64,000 nucleotides of DNA, taken from contig SVAY01000003.1 in NCBI GenBank assembly GCA_015059185.1, positions 15,251-79,250 on the forward strand, written 5' to 3'. The notes below the pieces were generated by a model, which did no database searches, had not been told where the DNA came from, and worked only from the letters and a program-made list of their open reading frames with translations. Below are positions 1 to 9,357 of this stretch, piece after piece. A program made the translations under genes and the position numbers. Positions within the stretch are counted from its first letter, which is position 1. Each line of letters starts with the position of its first letter. Source of the stretch: Erysipelotrichaceae bacterium (GTDB lineage: Bacteria > Bacillota_I > Bacilli_A > RFN20 > CAG-826).

Positions 1-978
1 ACTCGTACCAACAACTAAGAAGTCACCTTCTTTTAATGTACCGTTTTCTACAAGTAAAGTAGCCTTAGGACCTTCAAATTTATCTAATGAAGCCTCTAAG
101 ACTGTACCCATTGCATAACGGTCTGGATTAGCTTTTAATTCTTTCATTTCCGCGACTAAAATGATGGTTTCAAGTAAGTTCTCAATACCTTTTTTAGTCT
201 TTGCACTGATTTCTACACAGATATTTTCTCCACCATATTCTTCAGGAATAATATCGTGGGCCATAAGTTCTTCTTTCACTCTATTTGGATCAGCGCCTGG
301 TTTATCCATCTTATTGATAGCAACAATAACAGGGACACCTGCTGCTTTAGCGTGATCAATCGCTTCAATAGTTTGAGGCATCACGCCATCATCCGCAGCG
401 ACAACAAGAACAACAATATCAGTGACAGAAGCACCTCTACTTCTCATCGCAGTAAAGGCTTCGTGCCCAGGAGTGTCAATAAAGGTAATTTTTTTACCTT
501 TAATTTCTTTTTGATAAGCACCGATAGCTTGAGAGATACCACCAGCTTCACCAGCGACAAGATTAGAATTTCTAATCGCATCGATTAAGGTGGTCTTACC
601 ATGGTCAACGTGACCCATGATAGTCACAACTGGAGGTCTTTCTTTAAGTTTAGAAGGATCGTCATTAATGACGAGGTCTTCAAAGTTTTCCGCTTCCACA
701 ATATTCTTCTTTTGGAAGTCATATCCAAATTCAAGACAGATAGTACCAATTAATTCATCATCAAGCATGGTGTTAATGGTAATCATCTTTCCTTGAAGGA
801 AAAGGAACTTAATAATATCACTGACCTGAACATTAAGTTTCTCAGCAAGTTCAGCGGTTGAGATAGCACCGGTATAGACAAAGACTCCACCGTTTACTTT
901 ACTTTTAACTTTATCCGCTCTCACTTTCGTAGAGACGTTAGTTTCTCTTTGATTTGGTTTAAAATTTTTCTTTCCCAT
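1..978 (-). CDS. infB: Translation initiation factor IF-2, N-terminal part; C-terminus runs off the window. Short-form IF-2 with a brief N-terminal region before the G domain.
   Basis: The reverse translation gives the G-domain motifs [18 protein letters not shown] and NKMD, with only about 100 aa before them. The ATG at 976-978 is preceded by an AAGGAG Shine-Dalgarno sequence at 986-991 (minus strand). The gene lies 45 nt downstream of nusA. Confidence 0.9.
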   Translation of the reverse strand, partial: MGKKNFKPNQRETNVSTKVRADKVKSKVNGGVFVYTGAISTAELAEKLNVQVSDIIKFLFLQGKMITINTMLDDELIGTICLEFGYDFQKKNIVEAENFEDLVINDDPSKLKERPPVVTIMGHVDHGKTTLIDAIRNSNLVAGEAGGISQAIGAYQKEIKGKKITFIDTPGHEAFTAMRSRGASVTDIVVLVVAADDGVMPQTIEAIDHAKAAGVPVIVAINKMDKPGADPNRVKEELMAHDIIPEEYGGENICVEISAKTKKGIENLLETIILVAEMKELKANPDRYAMGTVLEASLDKFEGPKATLLVENGTLKEGDFLVVGTS

Positions 979-1023
979 AAACTATCTCCTTTCATTAATT
1001 AATGTTGAATAATAGATAATTAA

Positions 1024-2706
1024 TTATCTATCTTCATCATAGTATTCGTCGTAATCGTCGTAATCGACATCATCGTCGAAGTTATCTTCTTCCTCGAGTT
1101 CTTCTTCTTCGAAGGCTTTTAATTCTTCATCAGTATAGATGGACATTTGTGGTCCAGTTGGAGTAAGAGGAGCAGCTTCTTCCTTCTTTTCTTCCTCTTT
1201 CTTTTTATTCTTAAAGGATTTTTTAGCTTTATCTTGAGATTTTTTAGCATCTGCTTCTAAGCTAGCTTCAAGATCAGATAAGGAAGTTGTAGTTTTAACA
1301 GCAGTATATTCAACTGGTGCTTCTTCTTTCTTTTCTTCCTTAACTTCGTTAGAAGCTGGAGATTCTTCCTTAACTTCTTCTTTTTCTTCCGTGACTGGAG
1401 CGATTGGAGTTTCCTCTTCTTCTTCACTAGCAGCGACTAAAACGTCATCGAAGTCATTCTTTTCAGCTTCATAAATTCTTTGTTGAGGAGCAACATATCC
1501 TTCTGGAAGTCCTGGGAGGACACTTGTTGCATTACTTGCTTTAGCAAGTTCTTTCTTTTGAAGTTCAGAAATCTTTTCAGCTTTAATACTTGCTGCAAGA
1601 GATTGAAGTTCTTCAGTAGTTGTATAGGTGAATCCTTCTTCTTCGGCTTCACTTTCAGTTTTAATATCAATCTTATAACCGGTTAAATTAACAGCTAAAC
1701 GAACATTAACACCTTTTTTACCAATCGCTAAACTTAAAGAATCATCTTTTACGACCGCTGTGCATTCTTTAACTTCAGGATCATCACTCATCTTAATACC
1801 AGCAACACGAGCAGGTTTAAGAGCTTCTAAAATGAATAAGCTTGGGTTATCGGAGTATTGGATAACATCAACCTTTTCTTTATTTTCACCATTTCCTAAG
1901 CTAGAAACGATCTTTTGTACTCTACTACCATTAGGACCGATACAAGCTCCGGCTGGGTCAACATTAGGATCTTCACTATAAACAGCAACTTTGCTTCTTT
2001 CACCTGCTTGTCTAGCGATTTTCTTAATGACGATATTTCCGTTATAAACATCACTGATTTCTTCTTTGAATAAAGCTTCTAAGAAACCTGGGCATGCTCT
2101 AGAGATATCGATTTGTAATTTCTTTGTGTTGTCAACTTTGTTGACATATAACTTAATGGATGAACCAGCAGCAAACTTTTCGTCCCCAATCATTTCTCTT
2201 CTTGGCAAGAAGATGGAAGTTCCACTGACGTTAACAGAAGCGCCTCTATCATCGATAGTTTCAACTTTACCTGTAATCATTGTGCCAATCTTATCTTTAA
2301 AGGCTTCATAGAGGTTACCCTTTTCGACTTCTTTAATCTTTTGAGAGAAGATTGATTTAATAGAACGTAAGGTTGCACTTCTAAGTTGGTTTAAATCAGC
2401 ATATACAGGATAATAATCACCTAAGTTATATACTTTACCTTCCTTATTCTTATTCGCATCTTCTAAAGAGATTTCAAGATACTCATCTTCCACATCTCTT
2501 ACTACCGCGTATAAACGTGCGAGTTCAATAACTCCTCTTTCTAAGTCGAATGTTAATTCAACTGGCATTTCATCAATTCCCACTTCTCTTTTATAGGCTT
2601 TGACAATACCTTCCTTAAGGGCTTCAAGAGCGGTCTCTTCTTGAATACCGTTGGTTCTTTCAAGCATTAACAATGCTTCTTTGATTTGTGCTACATCCAT
2701 TTTCAT
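1024..2706 (-). CDS. nusA: Transcription termination/antitermination factor NusA with a roughly 200-aa acidic low-complexity C-terminal extension.
   Basis: The N-terminus reads MDVAQIKEALLMLERTNGI. The KH region contains GACIGPNGSRVQ. The tail after about residue 350 is rich in E, K and D (EEK-type). The gene sits directly between rimP and infB. Confidence 0.9.
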   Translation of the reverse strand: MKMDVAQIKEALLMLERTNGIQEETALEALKEGIVKAYKREVGIDEMPVELTFDLERGVIELARLYAVVRDVEDEYLEISLEDANKNKEGKVYNLGDYYPVYADLNQLRSATLRSIKSIFSQKIKEVEKGNLYEAFKDKIGTMITGKVETIDDRGASVNVSGTSIFLPRREMIGDEKFAAGSSIKLYVNKVDNTKKLQIDISRACPGFLEALFKEEISDVYNGNIVIKKIARQAGERSKVAVYSEDPNVDPAGACIGPNGSRVQKIVSSLGNGENKEKVDVIQYSDNPSLFILEALKPARVAGIKMSDDPEVKECTAVVKDDSLSLAIGKKGVNVRLAVNLTGYKIDIKTESEAEEEGFTYTTTEELQSLAASIKAEKISELQKKELAKASNATSVLPGLPEGYVAPQQRIYEAEKNDFDDVLVAASEEEEETPIAPVTEEKEEVKEESPASNEVKEEKKEEAPVEYTAVKTTTSLSDLEASLEADAKKSQDKAKKSFKNKKKEEEKKEEAAPLTPTGPQMSIYTDEELKAFEEEELEEEDNFDDDVDYDDYDEYYDEDR

Positions 2707-2721
2707 AAATTTTTTAACTCC

Positions 2722-3192
2722 TTAAAATTTAATGGCTAGTCTTATTTTTGAGATATTGCTTTTAGCAATATTTATCTCCTTAATTCTACTCTTAATTCTA
2801 ATTTCTAAATCAATTGATTCCTCGTTCACTTTACGAATAAAACCTTCGTAGATGTTTTCTCCATTAATTGGATTAATCATTCTCACTTCGACATAACGGT
2901 CAATATAGTTAGAAAGCGCTTCAACCTTGAGAGGCTTTTCTGCTCCTAAGCTAGACACCTCTAACATATAAGGATCATTACTATCATCAATTTCATCTAA
3001 ATAAGTACTTAAAGCTTCACTGACTTTGACAATCTCGTTCATGTCAATTGGTTCTACCTTATCAACAACGATAGATAGATGTTTCTCGCCTTTCACCACA
3101 TTAAAGAGGATAGAATATAGGTCATAACCCATACTTGCTAATTTTGTCTCTAATAATGGTTTAATCTTTTCTAGATTCATTTTGACCTCCAA
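2722..3192 (-). CDS. rimP: Ribosome maturation factor RimP
   Basis: The 156-aa product contains the LEVSSLGAEKPLK motif typical of RimP/DUF150. It occupies the usual position immediately upstream of nusA. Confidence 0.8.
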   Translation of the reverse strand: MEVKMNLEKIKPLLETKLASMGYDLYSILFNVVKGEKHLSIVVDKVEPIDMNEIVKVSEALSTYLDEIDDSNDPYMLEVSSLGAEKPLKVEALSNYIDRYVEVRMINPINGENIYEGFIRKVNEESIDLEIRIKSRIKEINIAKSNISKIRLAIKF

Positions 3193-3265
3193 TTAATACA
3201 AAGAGTGCCCCAAATAGGACACTCTTAAGAATTTAGAGTATACGTTAATCGCTTAACGCAATGAT

Positions 3266-3294
3266 ATTAAACACATTTTTTTGAGTTGTGTCAA
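3266..3294 (-). promoter_or_regulatory. Candidate sigma-70-type promoter for the rimP-nusA-infB operon.
   Basis: On the minus strand a -35 TTGACA (plus 3289-3294) and a -10 TTTAAT (plus 3266-3271) are separated by a 17-nt spacer. Two small hairpins in the downstream leader (CGTTAAGCGATTAACG and AAGAGTGTCCTATTTGGGGCACTCTT) precede the GGAGG Shine-Dalgarno sequence. Confidence 0.4.
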
Positions 3295-3395
3295 TACTTA
3301 TTAACCAATTTGCGACTTTTTTCTTTGGTTGGAAAGTATTTAAGTATATCAAAAAGTTTTAAAAGAGTTATAGAAGCACTATTAACAAAAATTCT

Positions 3396-4064
3396 TTATC
3401 TTAGTTTCTTTTTATTAAAACAAGCCAAATATATTTTTTTAAGCTTTCTTCGACCAGCAAAAAATTCATTTTCACTATTTGATAAGTTGCTTTCATGCAC
3501 TTTATAATCAAGCAAAGATAATGATGCTGCTAAATCTGCTACCTGCATAAATGGGTGCTCACTTTGTCGAGCGAGAACCATTTCATAATTTAAAAAGTTA
3601 GCGCTGAATATTCCGAGAAGCAAGGATCTTAATTGCGATTGTCCATTATCATAATAAATAGTTATTTTATCAAAAGAATGAAAATACTGAATATTATCTC
3701 GAATTAATATCGATAAAGCTTTCGCCATCGCTTCGTCAGTGCTTTTATCGCTTTTTTTAACTTTTGTGTCTAAAATCGAGATTGGGGAATTTAATAATAA
3801 ATCAAATAATGTGTCAAAAAGAACTAAACGAGACTCATAATTTAAATGACTATAAGGACCTTCTCTTCTTATTAAAGGACCAACATGAATCGGAAAATTG
3901 CCACATTCTTTGTTTTGAAGCCTCCTGAAAAAACTTCTTAAATATGAGTCGCATTTTTCTAAATCTTCGCACAATACAAAAGCAACTCCATAAATTTTAG
4001 TTATAGAATCATATGGTCCAAAATCACCAGTTTCATCAATATAAATAGATAATTGTTTTTTCAT
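3396..4064 (-). CDS. DUF3800-like protein of unknown function
   Basis: The product starts MKKQLSIYIDETGDF, matching the YIDESG-type start of DUF3800, and has the C-terminal FMQVADLAAS (Q-x-AD) motif. The ATG at 4062-4064 is chosen over the upstream in-frame Met, which would force the GC-rich leader to be translated. Confidence 0.45.
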   Translation of the reverse strand: MKKQLSIYIDETGDFGPYDSITKIYGVAFVLCEDLEKCDSYLRSFFRRLQNKECGNFPIHVGPLIRREGPYSHLNYESRLVLFDTLFDLLLNSPISILDTKVKKSDKSTDEAMAKALSILIRDNIQYFHSFDKITIYYDNGQSQLRSLLLGIFSANFLNYEMVLARQSEHPFMQVADLAASLSLLDYKVHESNLSNSENEFFAGRRKLKKIYLACFNKKKLR

Positions 4065-4127
4065 GGAAATAAAAATGCGGAAGTACTCCCGCGTTTCGGT
4101 GGACCTAGAAGTTTCCCTCAGCCCACT
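4065..4127 (-). promoter_or_regulatory. GC-rich structured 5' leader (candidate attenuator or riboswitch-like element) upstream of the DUF3800 gene.
   Basis: A roughly 58-nt island of about 55% GC sits in an otherwise about 25% GC intergenic region. Minus-strand RNA: GGCUGAGGGAAACUUCUAGGUCCACCGAAAC GCGGGAGUACUUCCGC AUUUUUAUUU, then AUG. The stem GCGGGA/UUCCGC closes a GUAC loop and is followed by a U-tract. A TATAAT-like -10 (minus TACTATAAT, plus 4128-4136) lies just upstream. Confidence 0.3.
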
Positions 4128-4140
4128 ATTATAGTACAAA

Positions 4141-4164
4141 ATAAAACCCTATTTTTCAATAGGG
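4141..4164 (-). terminator. Rho-independent terminator after the flavin-reductase-like gene.
   Basis: On the minus strand the hairpin CCCTATTGAAAAATAGGG is followed by TTTTAT. Confidence 0.6.
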
Positions 4165-4194
4165 AATAATTTGAAAGTTATATATTAATAAGTA

Positions 4195-4770
4195 TTAACG
4201 AAGCTTCATTCCGACTTTAAATGCATCGGCAATTTCTTCTTTTACTACACGATATTTGTTATTAGCAGGATCATAAGAAATTGGTTCAAATTTGTTGAAG
4301 TCAATCTTGCCATCAGTTAAGACGCTTTCGTCCACACTGACATTTATAATGTCACCAACGACAGTTGCGCCTTCTCCCATCTCGCCATCAATGCTATTAA
4401 GTTCACATTCAATAGTGACAGGAAATTCTTTGAATAATGGAGCGTTAACTTTATCACTCTTCACTACTGTTAAACCTGCTTTTTCTAACTTATTAGGTTC
4501 TTTCTTTAAAGAGACAATACCAACGTAATCGCTTGCTTCCACAGTTTGTCTAGTAGCAAAAGAGATAGTGAATGCTTTATTCTTACGAATATTGTCTGTA
4601 GTGACGTGACCCGATAAAGAAATCATCACTTGGTTAGTGTCATACATCCCTCCCCAAGCAGCGTTCATCGCGTTAGCAACACCATTTTCATCATAAGTCC
4701 CAATAATAAATACTGGCATTGGGAATAGCCAACTTTTACTTCCAAAATCTTTTCTCATAATTTTCTCCAA
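4195..4770 (-). CDS. Flavin reductase-like / FMN-binding split-barrel (flavoredoxin) family protein
   Basis: The 191-aa product has a flavin-reductase-like domain pattern (FPMPVFIIGTYDENGVANAMNAAWGG ... ISL). Confidence 0.6.
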   Translation of the reverse strand: MEKIMRKDFGSKSWLFPMPVFIIGTYDENGVANAMNAAWGGMYDTNQVMISLSGHVTTDNIRKNKAFTISFATRQTVEASDYVGIVSLKKEPNKLEKAGLTVVKSDKVNAPLFKEFPVTIECELNSIDGEMGEGATVVGDIINVSVDESVLTDGKIDFNKFEPISYDPANNKYRVVKEEIADAFKVGMKLR

Positions 4771-4772
4771 AA

Positions 4773-6311
4773 TTAAATAGATGCAAAATCTAACTCTTTT
4801 AATAAAGCATAATTAACTTCTGGAAAGTGCATGCCCATAAATCTTGTTGCTAAAGACATATTACTAACTAAAGAAGCCGCTACACTTATACCAGCAGTCG
4901 TAACAAAGTTAACAATAACATTGGTATAATCTTTTAATTTTGTTTTATCGAAACTTACTTTATATTCATCAAGAATCGGTGATAAGAAATTATATAGTCC
5001 ATCTTCAGATAATAATTTCATTAATTCAATAGGCTTTTCTTTGTAAATCTTTTTTACTTCACTTATCACTTTATCAATAGCTTTTTGATCTAAGTTAAAA
5101 TATAGTTCGATTAAATAGGTGATAGCACTTTGATAATTAGCATAATAATGAGCGCGGTCATGCATATCTTTACCATTTTCACCTAAATCGGTTAATAAAA
5201 CTCTTAAAACATACGCTAATAATTCTTGATCATTTTGAAAGTTGCTAGTAGCGGTAAAACTAGGTAAATCTATTCCATAAGTATTTTTAAATATTGCGTC
5301 AATTTCATTTTTATAGATATTAATATCTTTACCTTCTCTAGCAAAAAGATATTCACTAGGTGGAATTGATGCAACAACATCACATTCATTATAAAAATTA
5401 TAGACATGAGTGGCGTTAATAATATTAGATTCAACTATTCCACGAGGCGCTTCAAAAGTATAAGCCATTACTTGATGATCAGGGAAGATGTTATCTTTAA
5501 TCAATTTATGAGCAACTATATTACTCACTCCTCCACCACGGGAATAACCATTAATCCAAAGCTTTATATCATTTTTATTAAGTTGTTCATTATTAATATA
5601 TTTATTTAATTCATCAATAACTTTATTAGCAGAGCTAGTAAATCCTTCATGGTCGCCAGTTTCACCAACTTTAAAATTATTGCTCCATTCAACCCCATAT
5701 TTCCCGCTTCTAATAGCAACCGCTAATATGGTCTTATCATTTATTTTTTTATTAGCAAGAGTGAAAGCAATGTTATCTACTTCTTTAACGTCATAGTTAT
5801 ATGTTTTTATATCGTCAAAAGCTAATTCTTGATAGAAGTTTTTAACGAGTTCTTCTTCCATACTAGTTAAACTAGAGGCATAAGATATAATTGCTAAATC
5901 TTTATCCGCTTTATCACTCATAAATGAGCTAGGTTTATAAGTATAGGTATATTTGATATCTTCTTTAGTGAGATAACTAGCAAATGATCTAGTAATATCC
6001 TTATTATCTCCCCATAAAGCATTAAGGGTGATGTTACCTTTAGAAATATCCCAGGTGCCAGTACTAGGGAAGAAAGTATCATTGTTATAAAAACCTAAGA
6101 AATATTTATCTTGATAGACACCTTGAGTCGGAGAAGAAAAATTATACTCTTCTTTATCTGCTAGATAATAAGTCTTAGCTTCACTACCATCATTATAATT
6201 AATAGTGACCATACTCTTATCACTGATAGAAGAGCTAGAATTTGAATCATTAGAACAAGCTGCTAATGAGATAGATGAAATAGTTAAAAGGAATAATGCT
6301 ATTTTTTTCAT
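4773..6311 (-). CDS. Lipoprotein with a class-3 lipase (Lipase_3-like alpha/beta hydrolase) domain
   Basis: Signal peptide plus lipobox (LLTISSISLAAC). The Lipase_3 pattern is GDHEGF...KLWINGYSRGGGVSNIVAHKL...AYTFEAPRG, with nucleophile motif G-Y-S-R-G. It is a paralog of the 9358..10815 gene. Confidence 0.6.
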   Translation of the reverse strand: MKKIALFLLTISSISLAACSNDSNSSSSISDKSMVTINYNDGSEAKTYYLADKEEYNFSSPTQGVYQDKYFLGFYNNDTFFPSTGTWDISKGNITLNALWGDNKDITRSFASYLTKEDIKYTYTYKPSSFMSDKADKDLAIISYASSLTSMEEELVKNFYQELAFDDIKTYNYDVKEVDNIAFTLANKKINDKTILAVAIRSGKYGVEWSNNFKVGETGDHEGFTSSANKVIDELNKYINNEQLNKNDIKLWINGYSRGGGVSNIVAHKLIKDNIFPDHQVMAYTFEAPRGIVESNIINATHVYNFYNECDVVASIPPSEYLFAREGKDINIYKNEIDAIFKNTYGIDLPSFTATSNFQNDQELLAYVLRVLLTDLGENGKDMHDRAHYYANYQSAITYLIELYFNLDQKAIDKVISEVKKIYKEKPIELMKLLSEDGLYNFLSPILDEYKVSFDKTKLKDYTNVIVNFVTTAGISVAASLVSNMSLATRFMGMHFPEVNYALLKELDFASI

Positions 6312-6472
6312 GGTTACATTATTACATATTTTTTATTTAAATAAAAAGAATACGTTAAAGAAATTATATAAAGGTTTTAAATATTGATTTTATATAAAAC
6401 AAATTTCCTTCTTATATCTATAAAACGATAGATAATAATTTAGAATTTATACATTAATTGACACATTTCGTC

Positions 6473-6585
6473 TTAATCGACAAAAATATAGAATTCTATA
6501 AAAAAATAGATTATAACAATTGCGGTATATAATAAAATAGGCTAAAATATAATCGACAAAAATATAGAATTCTATAAAAAAGGAG
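6473..6585. repeat. Two copies of a 33-bp direct repeat, AATCGACAAAAATATAGAATTCTATAAAAAA, at 6473-6509 and 6549-6585. Each carries the 14-bp perfect palindrome TATAGAATTCTATA. They lie immediately upstream of the COG1373 ATPase gene.
   Basis: Read directly from the sequence. The second copy ends in the GGAG Shine-Dalgarno sequence of the downstream ATG. Confidence 0.7.
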
Positions 6586-6590
6586 ATTGA

Positions 6591-7901
6591 ATGATTAAAA
6601 GAGATAAATACCTTAATGAGCTAATTGACTCAATGAATTATAAAATGCCAAAAGTAATAACCGGAATAAGAAGATGTGGAAAATCATTTTTATTGAAGGA
6701 AATATTTTTTGAGTATTTAGTAAACGAAAGAAAAGTTAGTGCCGAGAATATTTTGATAATTGAATTAGATGATATTAATAATGTGCAATATCGTAATCCA
6801 ATTAAATTGTCAAATTATATAAAAGAAAATATTAAAAATAAGAACACATATTATGTATTTATTGATGAGATTCAACTGGTAACCTCGATAATAAATCCTG
6901 AATTTACAAATGGAGAAACTATAATTGCAAAAGAAGACGATAAAAATATTATATCTTTTGTTGATGTAGTATTAGGCATTTCACGAATAAAAAACGTCGA
7001 TTTATATGTGACCGGTAGCAATTCAAAACTTTTATCAAAAGACATTGTTACTGAATTTAGGGATAAAGCAAGAAATATTCATTTGCAGCCATTATCATTT
7101 GAAGAATTTTATGCATACTATGGCGGCGATCAATATGCTGCTTTTTATGAATATTTAGTTCATGGCGGAATGCCAATGGCAGTTCTTGAACAAGATTTAG
7201 CTAGGAAAGAAAACTATTTAAAAGATTTATTCAATACAACATACTTAAAAGATATAATTGAACATAATAAGTTTAGAAAAATTGAAACTCTTGATGAACT
7301 TTGCAATGTGTTAAGCTTTGCAACAGGTCAATTTTTAAACACCCAAAAATTAGCTAATATAATTGAAAGTAGAAAGAAAGAAAAAATAGATAAATCAACG
7401 ATTGATAATTATTTGAACGCATTTATAGACGCATATATTGTTGAAGAAGTGAATAGATATGATATTAAAGGTAATTCTTCAATCGGTGCATTAAGAAAAT
7501 ATTATTTTTCAGATACTGGTTTAAGGAATGCAAGATTAGATTTTACTTCTCTTGATTTAGGACAGCTAATAGAAACTGTTGTGTATAATGAATTGATATA
7601 TCACGGATACAATGTTATGGTTGGTTCATTTAATCAATTTGAAAAGAATAAAAACAACGAAAGTGTTGTAAAAAAATACGAAGTTGATTTTTATGCTACC
7701 AAAGGTATAGAAACTGTTTACATACAAGTGGCTGAAAATATAGATGATGCCAAAACTAAACAAAGAGAATTAAGGCCGTTTCATTTGATAAGAGACGCAA
7801 ATAAGAAAATAGTTTTAGTTAATCGTCCAATAAAAGCAATGAAATTAGAAAATGGCATTGTTTTATATGGAATCGTAGATTTTATAATGAATTTAAAATA
7901 A
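6591..7901 (+). CDS. COG1373-type ATPase (AAA_14 N-terminal ATPase plus DUF4143 C-terminal domain)
   Basis: The P-loop-like motif ITGIRRCGKSFLLKE, a length of 436 aa and the overall architecture are typical of the widespread archaeal-ATPase-like COG1373 family. Confidence 0.6.
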   Translation: MIKRDKYLNELIDSMNYKMPKVITGIRRCGKSFLLKEIFFEYLVNERKVSAENILIIELDDINNVQYRNPIKLSNYIKENIKNKNTYYVFIDEIQLVTSIINPEFTNGETIIAKEDDKNIISFVDVVLGISRIKNVDLYVTGSNSKLLSKDIVTEFRDKARNIHLQPLSFEEFYAYYGGDQYAAFYEYLVHGGMPMAVLEQDLARKENYLKDLFNTTYLKDIIEHNKFRKIETLDELCNVLSFATGQFLNTQKLANIIESRKKEKIDKSTIDNYLNAFIDAYIVEEVNRYDIKGNSSIGALRKYYFSDTGLRNARLDFTSLDLGQLIETVVYNELIYHGYNVMVGSFNQFEKNKNNESVVKKYEVDFYATKGIETVYIQVAENIDDAKTKQRELRPFHLIRDANKKIVLVNRPIKAMKLENGIVLYGIVDFIMNLK

Positions 7902-7941
7902 ATTCATGCGCATGCGATTAAATCATGGTGCGTTCATTTTA

Positions 7942-7977
7942 GTTTAAAAAACTGCCTAGATTTTACTCTAGACAGTT
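7942..7977 (-). terminator. Rho-independent terminator ending the giant-lipoprotein operon.
   Basis: On the minus strand the hairpin AACTGTCTAGA-GTAAAA-TCTAGGCAGTT is followed by TTTTTTAAAC. Confidence 0.55.
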
Positions 7978-8032
7978 ATCGTTCATATGTTGTTCGCTCG
8001 TTAATCCAATTTCTATTTAAAGCGAATGATAT

Positions 8033-8728
8033 TTATTCTTTTGTATCTTCTTCTACTTCAGGTTCAACTACTTCTTCTTGTTTTTCTTCCTCTTTAACCT
8101 CTTCCTCCACTGGAGCTGAAGCTTCGTTTTTAGGAGCACCGATAGCTAAAGCAGCTGGGATGAATAACATTGAAGCGCAGGTGAATAAAGGAATCAAAGC
8201 GTTGGTCCAGCCATATTCATTCGCTGCCATCACAATACCAAAGATCCAATATAATAATCCGGCAGGTAAAATACCTAAGAAAACGTAATGTGAAACTTTT
8301 TCTAATCCTTTAAAGCTGAATGCATTGATTAACACAACAAGGACTAAGTAGGCAGCAACCACTAAATCAAAGACTAATCTAAAAATCCAGAATGCGATGT
8401 AGACGCCAGGTGCATCGCCTAACACTGAAATGCCCCATGAGTCACCGACTAAACCATTCGCTACTGTTAAGACTAAGAATGAAATAAAGGATGCAAATAA
8501 TAATCTAATGCTCTTTTTAAAATAGCCAAACATTAATCCTGTTAGGATTAAGCCATAAAATACTAAATAAAAGAGATAGTGAAGGAATTCACTTCCATCA
8601 TTTGTAATACCACCAACGAAAGTGAAAAAGATTGATGCGGCAAAAGCGGCAAATCCGACAATCGCGAAGATGTGTTTTGCTTTGACAGCAATAAAATCAT
8701 AAATGTTGTCGAAAAAATTATTTCTCAT
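8033..8728 (-). CDS. Polytopic membrane protein with an acidic C-terminal tail (hypothetical)
   Basis: Multiple hydrophobic helices and a C-terminal EEEVKEEEKQEEVVEPEVEED tail. It is the last gene of the giant-lipoprotein operon. Confidence 0.45.
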   Translation of the reverse strand: MRNNFFDNIYDFIAVKAKHIFAIVGFAAFAASIFFTFVGGITNDGSEFLHYLFYLVFYGLILTGLMFGYFKKSIRLLFASFISFLVLTVANGLVGDSWGISVLGDAPGVYIAFWIFRLVFDLVVAAYLVLVVLINAFSFKGLEKVSHYVFLGILPAGLLYWIFGIVMAANEYGWTNALIPLFTCASMLFIPAALAIGAPKNEASAPVEEEVKEEEKQEEVVEPEVEEDTKE

Positions 8729-8804
8729 ATTTCCCCTCCAGAAATAAAATACTTATTAAACTTATGATAGCAAATTGCTTTTTATTAAAAAAGACAAGAA
8801 TGTA

Positions 8805-8830
8805 AAAAAGTGGCATTTGACGTGCCACTT
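8805..8830 (-). terminator. Internal, probably partial, intrinsic terminator between the two membrane-protein genes.
   Basis: On the minus strand the hairpin AAGTGGCACGTCAAATGCCACTT is followed by TTTTTTAC. Confidence 0.45.
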
Positions 8831-8849
8831 ATTATAAACAAGATGATTA

Positions 8850-9341
8850 TTAATCTTTAATAATGCCAGATTCACTGACAAACATCACTAATCCGCCAAT
8901 TAATGAGAAATAAGCGGTGAGATAGGCTCCAATTCCTAAATAGTGACCAGCATATGCTGTATTTTGATATGGAGCAGCAATATCAACAGAAGCGAGGCAG
9001 AGGAATAAATTGATAATGCCACAAATGACAAATAATCCTCCGACTAACATCTTGAGTCCGCCTTTACCTTCTTTTGGCTCAGCCTTAAGTCCTTTAATCT
9101 TTAAGATTAAAGCAATCACACCATAAACTAGTCCAGCTACCACAAAGATAAGAGGGAATAATGTTCCTAAGTTTTGTGGGAATCCATCAAAGTTAAGAGC
9201 GAGTTGCCAACCTAAATAATCTGCGTTACCAGTATAGCCAACTCTTACTAAGACAAAAGGTAATAAGAATCCTACTCCTGCTCCAATTAATAGAGCAATG
9301 CCAACTGCGTTAACAATAATTTTTGCTTTTTTCCTATTCAT
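8850..9341 (-). CDS. Small polytopic membrane protein (hypothetical)
   Basis: 163 aa with four to five hydrophobic segments. Confidence 0.45.
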   Translation of the reverse strand: MNRKKAKIIVNAVGIALLIGAGVGFLLPFVLVRVGYTGNADYLGWQLALNFDGFPQNLGTLFPLIFVVAGLVYGVIALILKIKGLKAEPKEGKGGLKMLVGGLFVICGIINLFLCLASVDIAAPYQNTAYAGHYLGIGAYLTAYFSLIGGLVMFVSESGIIKD

Positions 9342-9357
9342 AAATATCTTCCTCCCA

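Noticed and set aside
4076-4135. tRNA, or tRNA fragment as an integration site, in the GC-rich island.
   Set aside because: It is only about 58 nt. No cloverleaf and no T-loop (GTTCRANYC) or anticodon arm can be drawn. It is more consistent with a leader hairpin.
4065-4139. Longer start for the DUF3800 gene (MYYNSGLRETSRSTETREYFRIFIS...).
   Set aside because: It would translate the GC-rich hairpin region into an Arg/Thr/Ser-rich low-complexity peptide. The DUF3800 family begins at the YIDESG motif a few residues after the chosen Met.
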